Source of the DNA: an uncultured Thermoprotei archaeon
GTDB lineage: Archaea > Thermoproteota > Thermoprotei > Thermofilales > B15-G2
DNA length: 64,000 bases
Reading direction: 5' to 3'
Assembly (NCBI GenBank): GCA_965367815.1
Contig: CBDUKN010000001.1
Coordinates: 178,391-242,390, forward strand
The first letter of the stretch is position 1; each line of letters begins with the position of its first letter. A program made the translations under genes and the position numbers. Positions 56,466-64,000 of the stretch are shown piece after piece. Under the pieces are notes generated by a model. That model saw only the letters and a list, made by a program, of their open reading frames with translations. It was not told the DNA's origin and made no database searches.

Positions 56466-56711
56466 TTATTTTGCAATAACATTTAATTTACTAGAATATT
56501 TATTTAAAGCCCATATAAATAACTCAGCTCCTTTACGTCCAAAAATATCAATTAAGGCTTTTCTAAAAGTATACTCATCTTTGAAAAGTTCATCAAAACT
56601 ATTAATGTTAGCTTTGACTCTAGCATGATATAAGAAAACTTTAGCAGTTTTAGGGTCATTTTTCATTAATAGTAGAAAGCATTTCTTTAACCTTTCCATA
56701 TGTTCACCCAA
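56466..56711 (-). CDS. Small DUF3227/NitrOD5-like helical protein
   Basis: A+VFLYH......F.ELF+D...F+KAL.DIFG.+GAE pattern. Confidence 0.5.
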   Translation of the reverse strand: MGEHMERLKKCFLLLMKNDPKTAKVFLYHARVKANINSFDELFKDEYTFRKALIDIFGRKGAELFIWALNKYSSKLNVIAK

Positions 56712-56881
56712 TTTTACCCATTATTATTTAAAGCAAAAGAGAGTAATTTTAATATAAATTTTTCCAGTCGATTATCATTATTGAAAATATATCTTTCTTG
56801 TAGCCCTACTAAGTATGAAAAACTTTTTTCCAATCCATCTATTAGGTAATTTTTCCTACAAATCATCATAATTACATACCA

Positions 56882-57076
56882 CTACCCAGATAAGGGATCT
56901 GGATCCGGATAAGGATCGCCTCCTGGCGGGGGTCCTGGGTCTGTTTCACTCGACGGCTGTGTGCATGGTGCAGCGTAGACTTTTATGGCAAAAAGCGCTA
57001 TTATCAGAAGTATCATTAAGAACTTTTTATTTCTGAATAATTGTTTTACAAATAATTTAAGCCAGCTCACTTTCAC
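56882..57076 (-). CDS. Small secreted peptide precursor (signal peptide + 29-aa Pro/Asp-rich tail)
   Basis: Basic n-region, hydrophobic h-region FLMILLIIALFAI, VYA|A site, then APCTQPSSETDPGPPPGGDPYPDPDPLSG; TATAAA-like element upstream on the minus strand near 57100-57105. Confidence 0.65.
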   Translation of the reverse strand: MKVSWLKLFVKQLFRNKKFLMILLIIALFAIKVYAAPCTQPSSETDPGPPPGGDPYPDPDPLSG

Positions 57077-57313
57077 ATGATAATATTTGTTGGAGGGTAT
57101 TTATATTTTGCGTTTGTTCCATATTCTTCTTGAAGTTATGGTATACTTGCAAAAATTGGTTCTTTTTAAGAATACTTACATTTACTTGTGTTCGACAAGA
57201 AAAATATTCTAAGGCAAGTAAATGGAGGCACTAAGCTAATATTAACTATTTCATGTTTTTAGATAAGCATGTAAAGAAAAATGAAGAGATATGCATACAT
57301 ATTGCTAAGCTTT

Positions 57314-57970
57314 TTAATACTCTACAGGAACATTATATGTGATCTCTACAGTAAATCCTTTTTCTTCTTTTCTCGGCGACTTTTCTTTAACGTAAATATA
57401 TCCTACGAGTGCGCCACCAAGTATACCGCCTAAGTGGCCCAGTATATCGACGTTTCCGGCAAAACTATTCATTAAAAATAAGAAGACGAGGTATGCTATG
57501 GCTTTTCCAGGGCTACCTAAAGTAAACGAACTTATTACAGCTAATGTCGCTGCAATACCCAATATTGCTCCCGATGCTCCAGCTGAAATAGTGTAAAGTT
57601 TAAGGTTAAATACTAGCAAGTCTGCTGCTAAAGAAAGAAGATTTCCTGCGAGGCCGCTTATAAAGTAGGATACTAGGAGAAACTTTGATCCGAGGCTTTT
57701 CTCGAAGCTCGCTCCTATTATGGCTAGCCAAAACATGTTTAGTAGCAGGTGAATCAGATTTAAGTGCACAAAAAGCGAGGTTACTAGCTGCCACCACCAG
57801 CCGTACTTAATTATGAGAATATTGAATTGCCCTAAGAGTACTAAGAGTCTCCAGTTTATTGAAATAAAGTTTCCTCCAATGATTCCCAAAATCAAATACA
57901 CTATAATATTAATTGCTACGAGAAGTACTGTGAGAGGAGCTGATTCAATGAAACTTGACTGAGTTTTCAC
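57314..57970 (-). CDS. Rhomboid intramembrane serine protease
   Basis: WWQLVTSLFVH...HLLLNM, GASG (catalytic Ser), GHLGG (catalytic His). Confidence 0.9.
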   Translation of the reverse strand: MKTQSSFIESAPLTVLLVAINIIVYLILGIIGGNFISINWRLLVLLGQFNILIIKYGWWWQLVTSLFVHLNLIHLLLNMFWLAIIGASFEKSLGSKFLLVSYFISGLAGNLLSLAADLLVFNLKLYTISAGASGAILGIAATLAVISSFTLGSPGKAIAYLVFLFLMNSFAGNVDILGHLGGILGGALVGYIYVKEKSPRKEEKGFTVEITYNVPVEY

Positions 57971-58270
57971 AGCTACTCATTCTAGTGAGTTTAAATAAGT
58001 TTGACTGTACTACTTCGAAGACATGTTTTGAAAAAACAGTTAACTTAGAACAGCTTTAAAGATAGTGTTTCTTGTAGTGTAGAGTCTAAAAATATATTCT
58101 TTTTTGGTTAATAGTGGCTATAATTTATATTATATTCTGAATATACTTTATGTTTCCTTGAGTTTCTTATCATTTATAAGACTGGTACTGATATTTTTCT
58201 ACTATTAATTGCATTTATACATTATTACTGATAGGAATTGTGTTTTGAAGCAGAGTTAGAAAGGAGTTTA

Positions 58271-58305
58271 GCGAAACATTTATAAGTCGATTTATAATAT
58301 TATAA
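58271..58305 (+). promoter_or_regulatory. BRE/TATA promoter and 14-bp palindrome upstream of the ABC operon
   Basis: GCGAAA-CA-TTTATAAG followed by the perfect palindrome TTATAATATTATAA (58292-58305). Confidence 0.45.
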
Positions 58306-58337
58306 TAGAAACTAATTTATAGTAGCGGTAATCTGAG

Positions 58338-59834
58338 GTGGGAATTATGGCAGGTAAGACAACTTATTACCTATTAGCTGGCCTCATTATAGGAATCATT
58401 ATTGGCGCTGTCATCGGTTACATGGTAGCTCCTAAAGGAGTGTCAATGGAGGAGTACCAGAAGTTAAAAACTGAAAACGAGAGCTTAAAGCAACAAGTTC
58501 AAGACCTTGCTACCAAGCTTAAGGCTGCTCAAGTCAAGCATATTAAGTTAACTGCCTGGAGCGCTGGTTCTCCTGTAGACTACTTCCGGGCAAAGAACTT
58601 AGAGAGAGCAGCAAAGCTTCTAGAAACACTACTCAGATCTATTGGAGTCAACGTAACTATTGAAATTGACTCCTACTATGAGCACGTAAGCGACTGGGGT
58701 GCATGGAAGAGCAAGTTCGTAGCTGCTTTTGAGGCTGGCCAAGCACCCGACATCATTTCTGGAATCGACATGGTAGAAGCTGCTGAAGCAGGATGGATTG
58801 TACCACTAGACCAGTATGTCGAGAAATATAAGGACCTAGTAGCCGATATACCAGAGCAGCTATGGAATGCTATGAAGTATAAGGGCAAGATATGGGGTGT
58901 ACCACAGGACGTAGCATGCCAAGTATTCTACTATAGAAAAGACGTGCTAAGACAGCTAGGCTGGAGTGAAGAAGAAATAGAGGCTCTGAGAACAAAGATC
59001 ATTAAGGGAGAAATAACTTGGGACGACTTAGCGCAAATAGCTAAAGAAGCTATGGAGAAAGGCCTAGTAGAGTGGGGCTTCTATCACAGACCAAACTGGG
59101 GTACAAGCCTAGAAATACCCTACTATGAGGCAGGCGGAGAGTTCTATGACCCAGATACAGGCAAACTCATCATCGATAAGTCAGCTCTACTAAAGATGTA
59201 CGAACTCTACTACAAGCTGGCACAAGAGTATAAGGTGCTGCCACCGACAATGATTGGTACAAGCTGGAGAGAGATACACAAGGGCTTCGTTAACGGAAAA
59301 GTACTATTCTGGCTAGGCGGAAGCTGGCACTGGGGTGAGTGGCAGAAAGTAGCTTACCACGAAAAGCTAGGTAAGCTAAGCGAAGAATACGAGTGGCAAA
59401 ACATTGGATTCGCTCCATATCCACCACTAGAGAAGGGCGGAAAGCCTCTAGTAACAATGGGTCCATGGAAGTACCTCATAACAAGCCAGTCAAAGTACCC
59501 TGAAATAGCCTTCCTAATTTGTGTCTTCGCTACACTACCACCATACGACACAGACCACGCTATTACAAGCAGCCACCTACCAGTACGCTACTCAACAGTA
59601 AACTACCCACCATTCGTTGAGAAAGGAGGATTCCTCTACCAAGTAAGCACATTCGCCACAAAGTACGGTGTAAGCAAACCAGTACTACACCCGAAGTGGG
59701 GTGTACTCAAAGAAATACTGCTAACATACTTAACTAAAGTAGAGAAAGGAGAACTCACGCCAGTACAAGCTGTGGACGAGGTAATTAAAGTAGCTAAAGC
59801 TGAGCTAGGAGATGAAATAATTACAAGAGACTAA
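58338..59834 (+). CDS. Sugar ABC transporter substrate-binding protein
   Basis: N-terminal TM plus short coiled coil, AG.APDI, G..VPLD, Y.GKIWGVP, YYRKD motifs. Confidence 0.88.
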   Translation: MGIMAGKTTYYLLAGLIIGIIIGAVIGYMVAPKGVSMEEYQKLKTENESLKQQVQDLATKLKAAQVKHIKLTAWSAGSPVDYFRAKNLERAAKLLETLLRSIGVNVTIEIDSYYEHVSDWGAWKSKFVAAFEAGQAPDIISGIDMVEAAEAGWIVPLDQYVEKYKDLVADIPEQLWNAMKYKGKIWGVPQDVACQVFYYRKDVLRQLGWSEEEIEALRTKIIKGEITWDDLAQIAKEAMEKGLVEWGFYHRPNWGTSLEIPYYEAGGEFYDPDTGKLIIDKSALLKMYELYYKLAQEYKVLPPTMIGTSWREIHKGFVNGKVLFWLGGSWHWGEWQKVAYHEKLGKLSEEYEWQNIGFAPYPPLEKGGKPLVTMGPWKYLITSQSKYPEIAFLICVFATLPPYDTDHAITSSHLPVRYSTVNYPPFVEKGGFLYQVSTFATKYGVSKPVLHPKWGVLKEILLTYLTKVEKGELTPVQAVDEVIKVAKAELGDEIITRD

Positions 59835-59848
59835 GAGAGGTGATTTAA

Positions 59849-60841
59849 ATGAAAAATATTTTTTATATTTTTTCTGATATTTCTGAGAAATTAGGTTCAC
59901 CTAAATCTAAAGCTTTTAAAGCTATTAAAAAATATACTCGTAAGCTTCTCCCTTATCTTTTTATGGCTCCCTTCTTCGGATATATTATACTTACTTGGAT
60001 TGCACCAGTACTAATTACTATTATTTTATCTTTCATGAAAGCCCAGTGGACTATTACTAGAATGCAGTTTATAGGATTAAAGAACTTTGAACGAATATTC
60101 ACTCGAGATATTTTCGCGTTTCAAGCTCTCAAAGTCACAGTGCTCTACGTCTCTACAGTGCTAATAATAAATGCTTTCTTTAGTTTAGTGCTGGCGATCT
60201 TCGTAACATACTTTGTTAAAAATGAGACTATTGCAGCAGGAATAAGACTTATGTGGCTTATTCCGAGAATTACACCTGCTGTTATCTACGCTCTTCTCTG
60301 GAGATGGTTCATAGACCCCCGCGTAGGAATGTTAAATAAAATACTAGCCTTCTTTGGATTGCCGACACCCAGCGACTGGCTGCTCACTTCGCCTTACTCA
60401 CAGATACTCATGATTGTTGTAAACGGCTACGTTGGAGCATCATTCGGCCTTATTATCTACTCTGCTGCAATAACATCTATTCCAAGAGAACTCTTCTATG
60501 CTGCTTCAATTGACGGAGCGTCAGACTGGCAGATAATACGTCACATAATTATTCCTCTCCTCAAGTGGCCAATATTCTTCGTTACAGCTTGGCAGGCTCT
60601 TAGCCTAATATCTTCATACGAGCACATTCTAGCGCTGTGGGGAGGAGCCGGTGTAGCCAGGGCAGCTGAAGTAGAAGTATGGGCGCTATACGCTTATGTG
60701 AGGGCATTCTATTCAGCTGAGTACGGATATGGTGCAGCTCTCTCTGTATTCCTAGTAGTCATAGGTCTTGTTCTCATAGCCATATTCTTCAAGATATTTG
60801 GCTTCAAGAGAATGATGCAGCCTTCGAGAGTAGAGGTGTGA
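59849..60841 (+). CDS. Sugar ABC transporter permease (MalF-like)
   Basis: FIGLKNF, EAA-loop variant ELFYAASIDGAS.WQ. Confidence 0.9.
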   Translation: MKNIFYIFSDISEKLGSPKSKAFKAIKKYTRKLLPYLFMAPFFGYIILTWIAPVLITIILSFMKAQWTITRMQFIGLKNFERIFTRDIFAFQALKVTVLYVSTVLIINAFFSLVLAIFVTYFVKNETIAAGIRLMWLIPRITPAVIYALLWRWFIDPRVGMLNKILAFFGLPTPSDWLLTSPYSQILMIVVNGYVGASFGLIIYSAAITSIPRELFYAASIDGASDWQIIRHIIIPLLKWPIFFVTAWQALSLISSYEHILALWGGAGVARAAEVEVWALYAYVRAFYSAEYGYGAALSVFLVVIGLVLIAIFFKIFGFKRMMQPSRVEV

Positions 60842-60845
60842 GACT

Positions 60846-61742
60846 ATGAGTAGTCGAAATGATTATGTTTCTAAAATAAGGAAATATAAAATCAAGAGAA
60901 CTTTGACGCTAATTTTTGTATACGCAGTTCTCTTAGTGCCCTTAATACCTATACTACTAATGGTGGGATGGCTCGTTGCGCAGAGTTTCAGTGAAGGGCC
61001 TACTGACAGCATAATACCCAACGGCTTTACCTTAAATAACTTCAGGTTTCTCTGGGCTCCGATACGATTTGGTCTTTCAGAGTACCCGAACATATGGCCT
61101 TTAGTAATGAACTCTCTCTTCTTAGCTCTAGGTACTACGGCTTTCGAAATACCTGTAGCCGCTTTAGCAGGATACGCTCTCTCGAGAATGGATTTCAAGG
61201 GCAGAATGTTTACGATGAGACTTATAGTTGCTCTACACGCTTTTCCCGGAGTGATACTCTTAATAGCCTTATTCTATATTCTAAATAGGCTAGGGCTCTA
61301 CGGCAAAGGGTTCTTAACACTAGTAGGTGTCGCCTTAATTAAAGCAGGACTAGGCATACCAATGGATACTTGGATACTGAAAGGTTTCTTTGACGGCATA
61401 CCCTGGGAACTAGAGTGGGCAGCTATGGTCGATGGAGCTACCCGCTTTAAAGCATGGCGCAAAATACTGCTACCTATAGTTGCTCCAGGAATCTCTGCTG
61501 TAGCAATATTCTCCTTTATGAGCGGCTGGGGCGAGTTCCTAATAGCCTACACTTACATCAAGAGAAAGGAGTTCTACCCACTCTCAGTATTTCTGTACAG
61601 TGTCATAGGAGAATTCGTTTACGTTGACTGGGGACTACTAGCGGCGATAGCGCTCTTCTACATGATCCCAGTGCTGATCTTCTACGCGCTATCGCAAAAG
61701 ACTCTCTTGAAGCTACAGCTAGTGGGAGCTGTAAAAGGCTAA
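60846..61742 (+). CDS. Sugar ABC transporter permease (MalG-like)
   Basis: AGYALSR..FKG, FFD.IP.ELE.AA.VDGA. Confidence 0.9.
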   Translation: MSSRNDYVSKIRKYKIKRTLTLIFVYAVLLVPLIPILLMVGWLVAQSFSEGPTDSIIPNGFTLNNFRFLWAPIRFGLSEYPNIWPLVMNSLFLALGTTAFEIPVAALAGYALSRMDFKGRMFTMRLIVALHAFPGVILLIALFYILNRLGLYGKGFLTLVGVALIKAGLGIPMDTWILKGFFDGIPWELEWAAMVDGATRFKAWRKILLPIVAPGISAVAIFSFMSGWGEFLIAYTYIKRKEFYPLSVFLYSVIGEFVYVDWGLLAAIALFYMIPVLIFYALSQKTLLKLQLVGAVKG

Positions 61743-61809
61743 TTTAAACCACTCATATAAAATTTAAGTTGTTTAAGACAATACATAAATGAAGTCTGGT
61801 GGTGATAAT

Positions 61810-62895
61810 ATGGTTCGGGTTAAACTGGTCAATCTCTGTAAGTATTTTGGAAAAGTTAAGGCAGTAGATAATCTCAACCTAGAGATAAAGGATGGAGAGT
61901 TTGTGGCACTATTAGGGCCAAGCGGCTGCGGAAAAACGACAACACTGCTCATGATAGCGGGAATCTACAAGCCTACCAAAGGATACATCTACTTTGATGA
62001 CCAGATAGTAAATGACCTACCACCCAAGGATAGGAACATTGGAATGGTTTTCCAGAACTACGCGCTTTATCCTCACATGACCGTGTACGAGAACATAGCT
62101 TTCCCACTTAAATTAAAAAAACTACCTAAAAAAGAAATAGACAAGAGAGTAAGAGAAGTAGCCCGCTTCCTTAGAATAGAGGAGCTTCTCGATAGAAAGC
62201 CAGGCCAGCTCAGCGGAGGCCAGCAACAGAGAGTAGCTTTAGCAAGAGCACTCGCTAAAAGACCGCAGCTCTTCCTCATGGACGAGCCTCTAAGCAACTT
62301 AGACGCCAAGCTCCGTGTAGTAATGAGAGCTGAGCTAAAGAGACTACAAAAAGAACTCAAAATAACGACTATCTATGTTACTCACGACCAAGTAGAAGCA
62401 ATGACTATGGCCGACCGAATAGCAGTAATGAATAAAGGCAGACTACAGCAGTATGGTGAACCCCACGAGCTATACAATAAGCCAGCAAATGTTTTCGTAG
62501 CAGGCTTCATAGGCACACCCCCAATGAACTTTCTTGAAGGATCGCTAGTAGACAAAGGAGACTTCATGATAATAGACTTCGGTCCATTTTCCCTAAAACT
62601 GCCCCAAGACATAGCCGACTTACTTAGAAAAATGAATGTCTCAGGAGAAGTCATATTCGGCATTAGACCAGAAGACGTAATTATAGGAGATCAAGGAGAA
62701 CTTGAAGGAGAAGTATACGTCGTAGAGCCATTAGGCAAAGACATAATAGTCCACGTCAATTTAGGCGACAATAAAATAATAAGAGCTGTAACGACAGTAG
62801 AGAAAGCTCCTCCAATGGGTAGCAGAGTAAAAGTATCATTTAACATGAAGAAAGTACACATTTTCGATAAGAAAACAGAGAAAGCCTATATTTAA
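61810..62895 (+). CDS. Sugar ABC transporter ATPase (MalK-like; start likely ATG 61810)
   Basis: GPSGCGKTT, LSGGQQQR, MDEPLSNLDA, VTHDQ, C-terminal TOBE domain; GGTGGTGA SD before 61810. Confidence 0.93.
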   Translation: MVRVKLVNLCKYFGKVKAVDNLNLEIKDGEFVALLGPSGCGKTTTLLMIAGIYKPTKGYIYFDDQIVNDLPPKDRNIGMVFQNYALYPHMTVYENIAFPLKLKKLPKKEIDKRVREVARFLRIEELLDRKPGQLSGGQQQRVALARALAKRPQLFLMDEPLSNLDAKLRVVMRAELKRLQKELKITTIYVTHDQVEAMTMADRIAVMNKGRLQQYGEPHELYNKPANVFVAGFIGTPPMNFLEGSLVDKGDFMIIDFGPFSLKLPQDIADLLRKMNVSGEVIFGIRPEDVIIGDQGELEGEVYVVEPLGKDIIVHVNLGDNKIIRAVTTVEKAPPMGSRVKVSFNMKKVHIFDKKTEKAYI

Positions 62896-62920
62896 CCTAG
62901 TAAAAAGTAGGATAGTTTAG

Positions 62921-62970
62921 ATGATGAGCCTTGGACTGGCCTGAAAGATGAGGAATCTTCTCGCCACTGA
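62921..62970 (+). ncRNA. Box C/D 2'-O-methylation guide sRNA
   Basis: C box ATGATGA, guide GCCTTGGACTGGC, D' CTGA, C' AAGATGA, guide GGAATCTTCTCGCCA, D CTGA. Intergenic, 50 nt. Confidence 0.85.
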
Positions 62971-63026
62971 TACCACTGGTTCAGGTAGCTAAAGATATAT
63001 ATACTTTAATAAACAGTCATCTACTT

Positions 63027-63758
63027 GTGGTGAAAAAAGAAGACTACGATAAGGCGGTGACAGACTTTGTTAAATATCTCTCTGAAGAACTAGGCGAATA
63101 TATTAAAGCCATTTATGTTGCTGGAAGCTATGCTCGAGGAGATTTTGTGCCCGGTAAAAGTGATATTGATATATATGTTGTATTAAACAAAAGAGATCAG
63201 AATATCGAAAATAAAATTATTGAGATAGCTAAAGGAATTGAAGAAAAGTATCTTAAGGAAGTTAAATATTATCACTGGACACCCTTCTCAGCTGCTATCA
63301 CAGACATGGAGGAGATCAAGTCTGGGAAATCATGGCTCGGTGTTGGATGGGAATACTATATTTTCATAAGAGAGGGAAAGCTTCTCTACGGTGAAGATAT
63401 AAGAGACACTATTCCAAAGCCTTCTAACGAGGCTATTATTACTTTAGCTAAAGATTTTATAGAAAATGGAATTCCTACTCGAGGACAGTCAATTAACCAA
63501 TGCTTTTCACTTATATTCAGAAGTGCCGCAATATTCCTTTCTCTTAAAGGCAAGTATGTGGCATCTAAGAGGGAAGTAGTTGAAGAATTTGAGAAAGAGT
63601 ACGGTAGCCACGATATTGTTAAAATGCTCAAAAAGGCATATGACCTGTGGACTATTTGGAGTAAAAGAGATCTTAATGACGAAGAATATGCTAAATTAGC
63701 ATTACTTGCAGTAAGAATAAGTGAAGAACTTAAAGAATTGCTCAAGAGTTTCGCTTAG
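63027..63758 (+). CDS. Minimal nucleotidyltransferase with C-terminal HEPN-like helical domain
   Basis: GSYARGD....SDIDI MNT motif; helical C-terminal half. Confidence 0.8.
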   Translation: MVKKEDYDKAVTDFVKYLSEELGEYIKAIYVAGSYARGDFVPGKSDIDIYVVLNKRDQNIENKIIEIAKGIEEKYLKEVKYYHWTPFSAAITDMEEIKSGKSWLGVGWEYYIFIREGKLLYGEDIRDTIPKPSNEAIITLAKDFIENGIPTRGQSINQCFSLIFRSAAIFLSLKGKYVASKREVVEEFEKEYGSHDIVKMLKKAYDLWTIWSKRDLNDEEYAKLALLAVRISEELKELLKSFA

Positions 63759-63930
63759 TGTAGCGAAAGTCGGAAACCTATTCTTAAATTATCTGATATC
63801 TCTAGGGAGTCGAAAAGTATATTTATAGGGAGAAACTAATTGCCACGAAAAATGTGTTTTGAAATAGCATAGTTGTACACTAGTTGATTATATAACATTA
63901 ATTTAAGTAGTTTTACCTTTATAATAGTAG

Positions 63931-64000
63931 CTGTCTCTTATACACATCTGACGCTGCCGACGAATTAGACGGTGTAGATCTCGGTGGTCGCCGTATCATT
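63931..64000 (+). other. Illumina Nextera adapter contamination (mosaic end, i5 index, P5)
   Basis: CTGTCTCTTATACACATCT + GACGCTGCCGACGA + 8-nt index ATTAGACG + GTGTAGATCTCGGTGGTCGCCGTATCATT. Confidence 0.99.

Noticed and set aside
63931-63949. Tn5/IS50-like transposon end
   Set aside because: It is the synthetic mosaic end followed by Illumina index and P5 sequence; no transposase is present.
1-64000. CRISPR array, tRNA, rRNA, integrase or transposase
   Set aside because: No regularly spaced repeats, cloverleaf/T-loop signatures, long GC-rich RNA-like tracts or recombinase motifs were seen by eye.

Overview
64-kb, gene-dense, moderately AT-rich archaeal chromosome segment. TATA/BRE-type promoters, many GTG/TTG and apparently leaderless starts, NreA, XPB/Bax1, an Alba-domain gene, tungsten-type AOR, a paREP-like gene and box C/D sRNAs are most consistent with a Thermoprotei (Thermofilales-like) assembled genome; this taxonomy is inferred. 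It contains metabolic genes (AOR with Fe-S/metal-cluster helpers, GlcD/GlcF, PdaD, two SpeE paralogs, a sugar ABC importer), DNA-repair genes and several toxin-antitoxin-like modules. Three pseudogenes and two unannotated C/D guide RNAs are present, and the last 70 nt are an Illumina Nextera adapter (artefact). The best candidates for undescribed systems are: (i) an ATPase-less triad of two OPT-like transporters around a 1484-aa pseudo-M28 (nicalin/nicastrin-like) + FtsX-permease fusion (36.6-45.0 kb); (ii) a rhomboid, a small secreted Pro/Asp-rich peptide and a DUF3227-like gene in one orientation (56.5-58.0 kb); (iii) an SPFH/Zn-ribbon membrane-stress operon coupled to speE, whose speE shares a perfect 50-bp inverted repeat with the second speE. 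No tRNA, rRNA, CRISPR array or transposase was recognised. All family calls come from reading motifs by eye; no database was searched.
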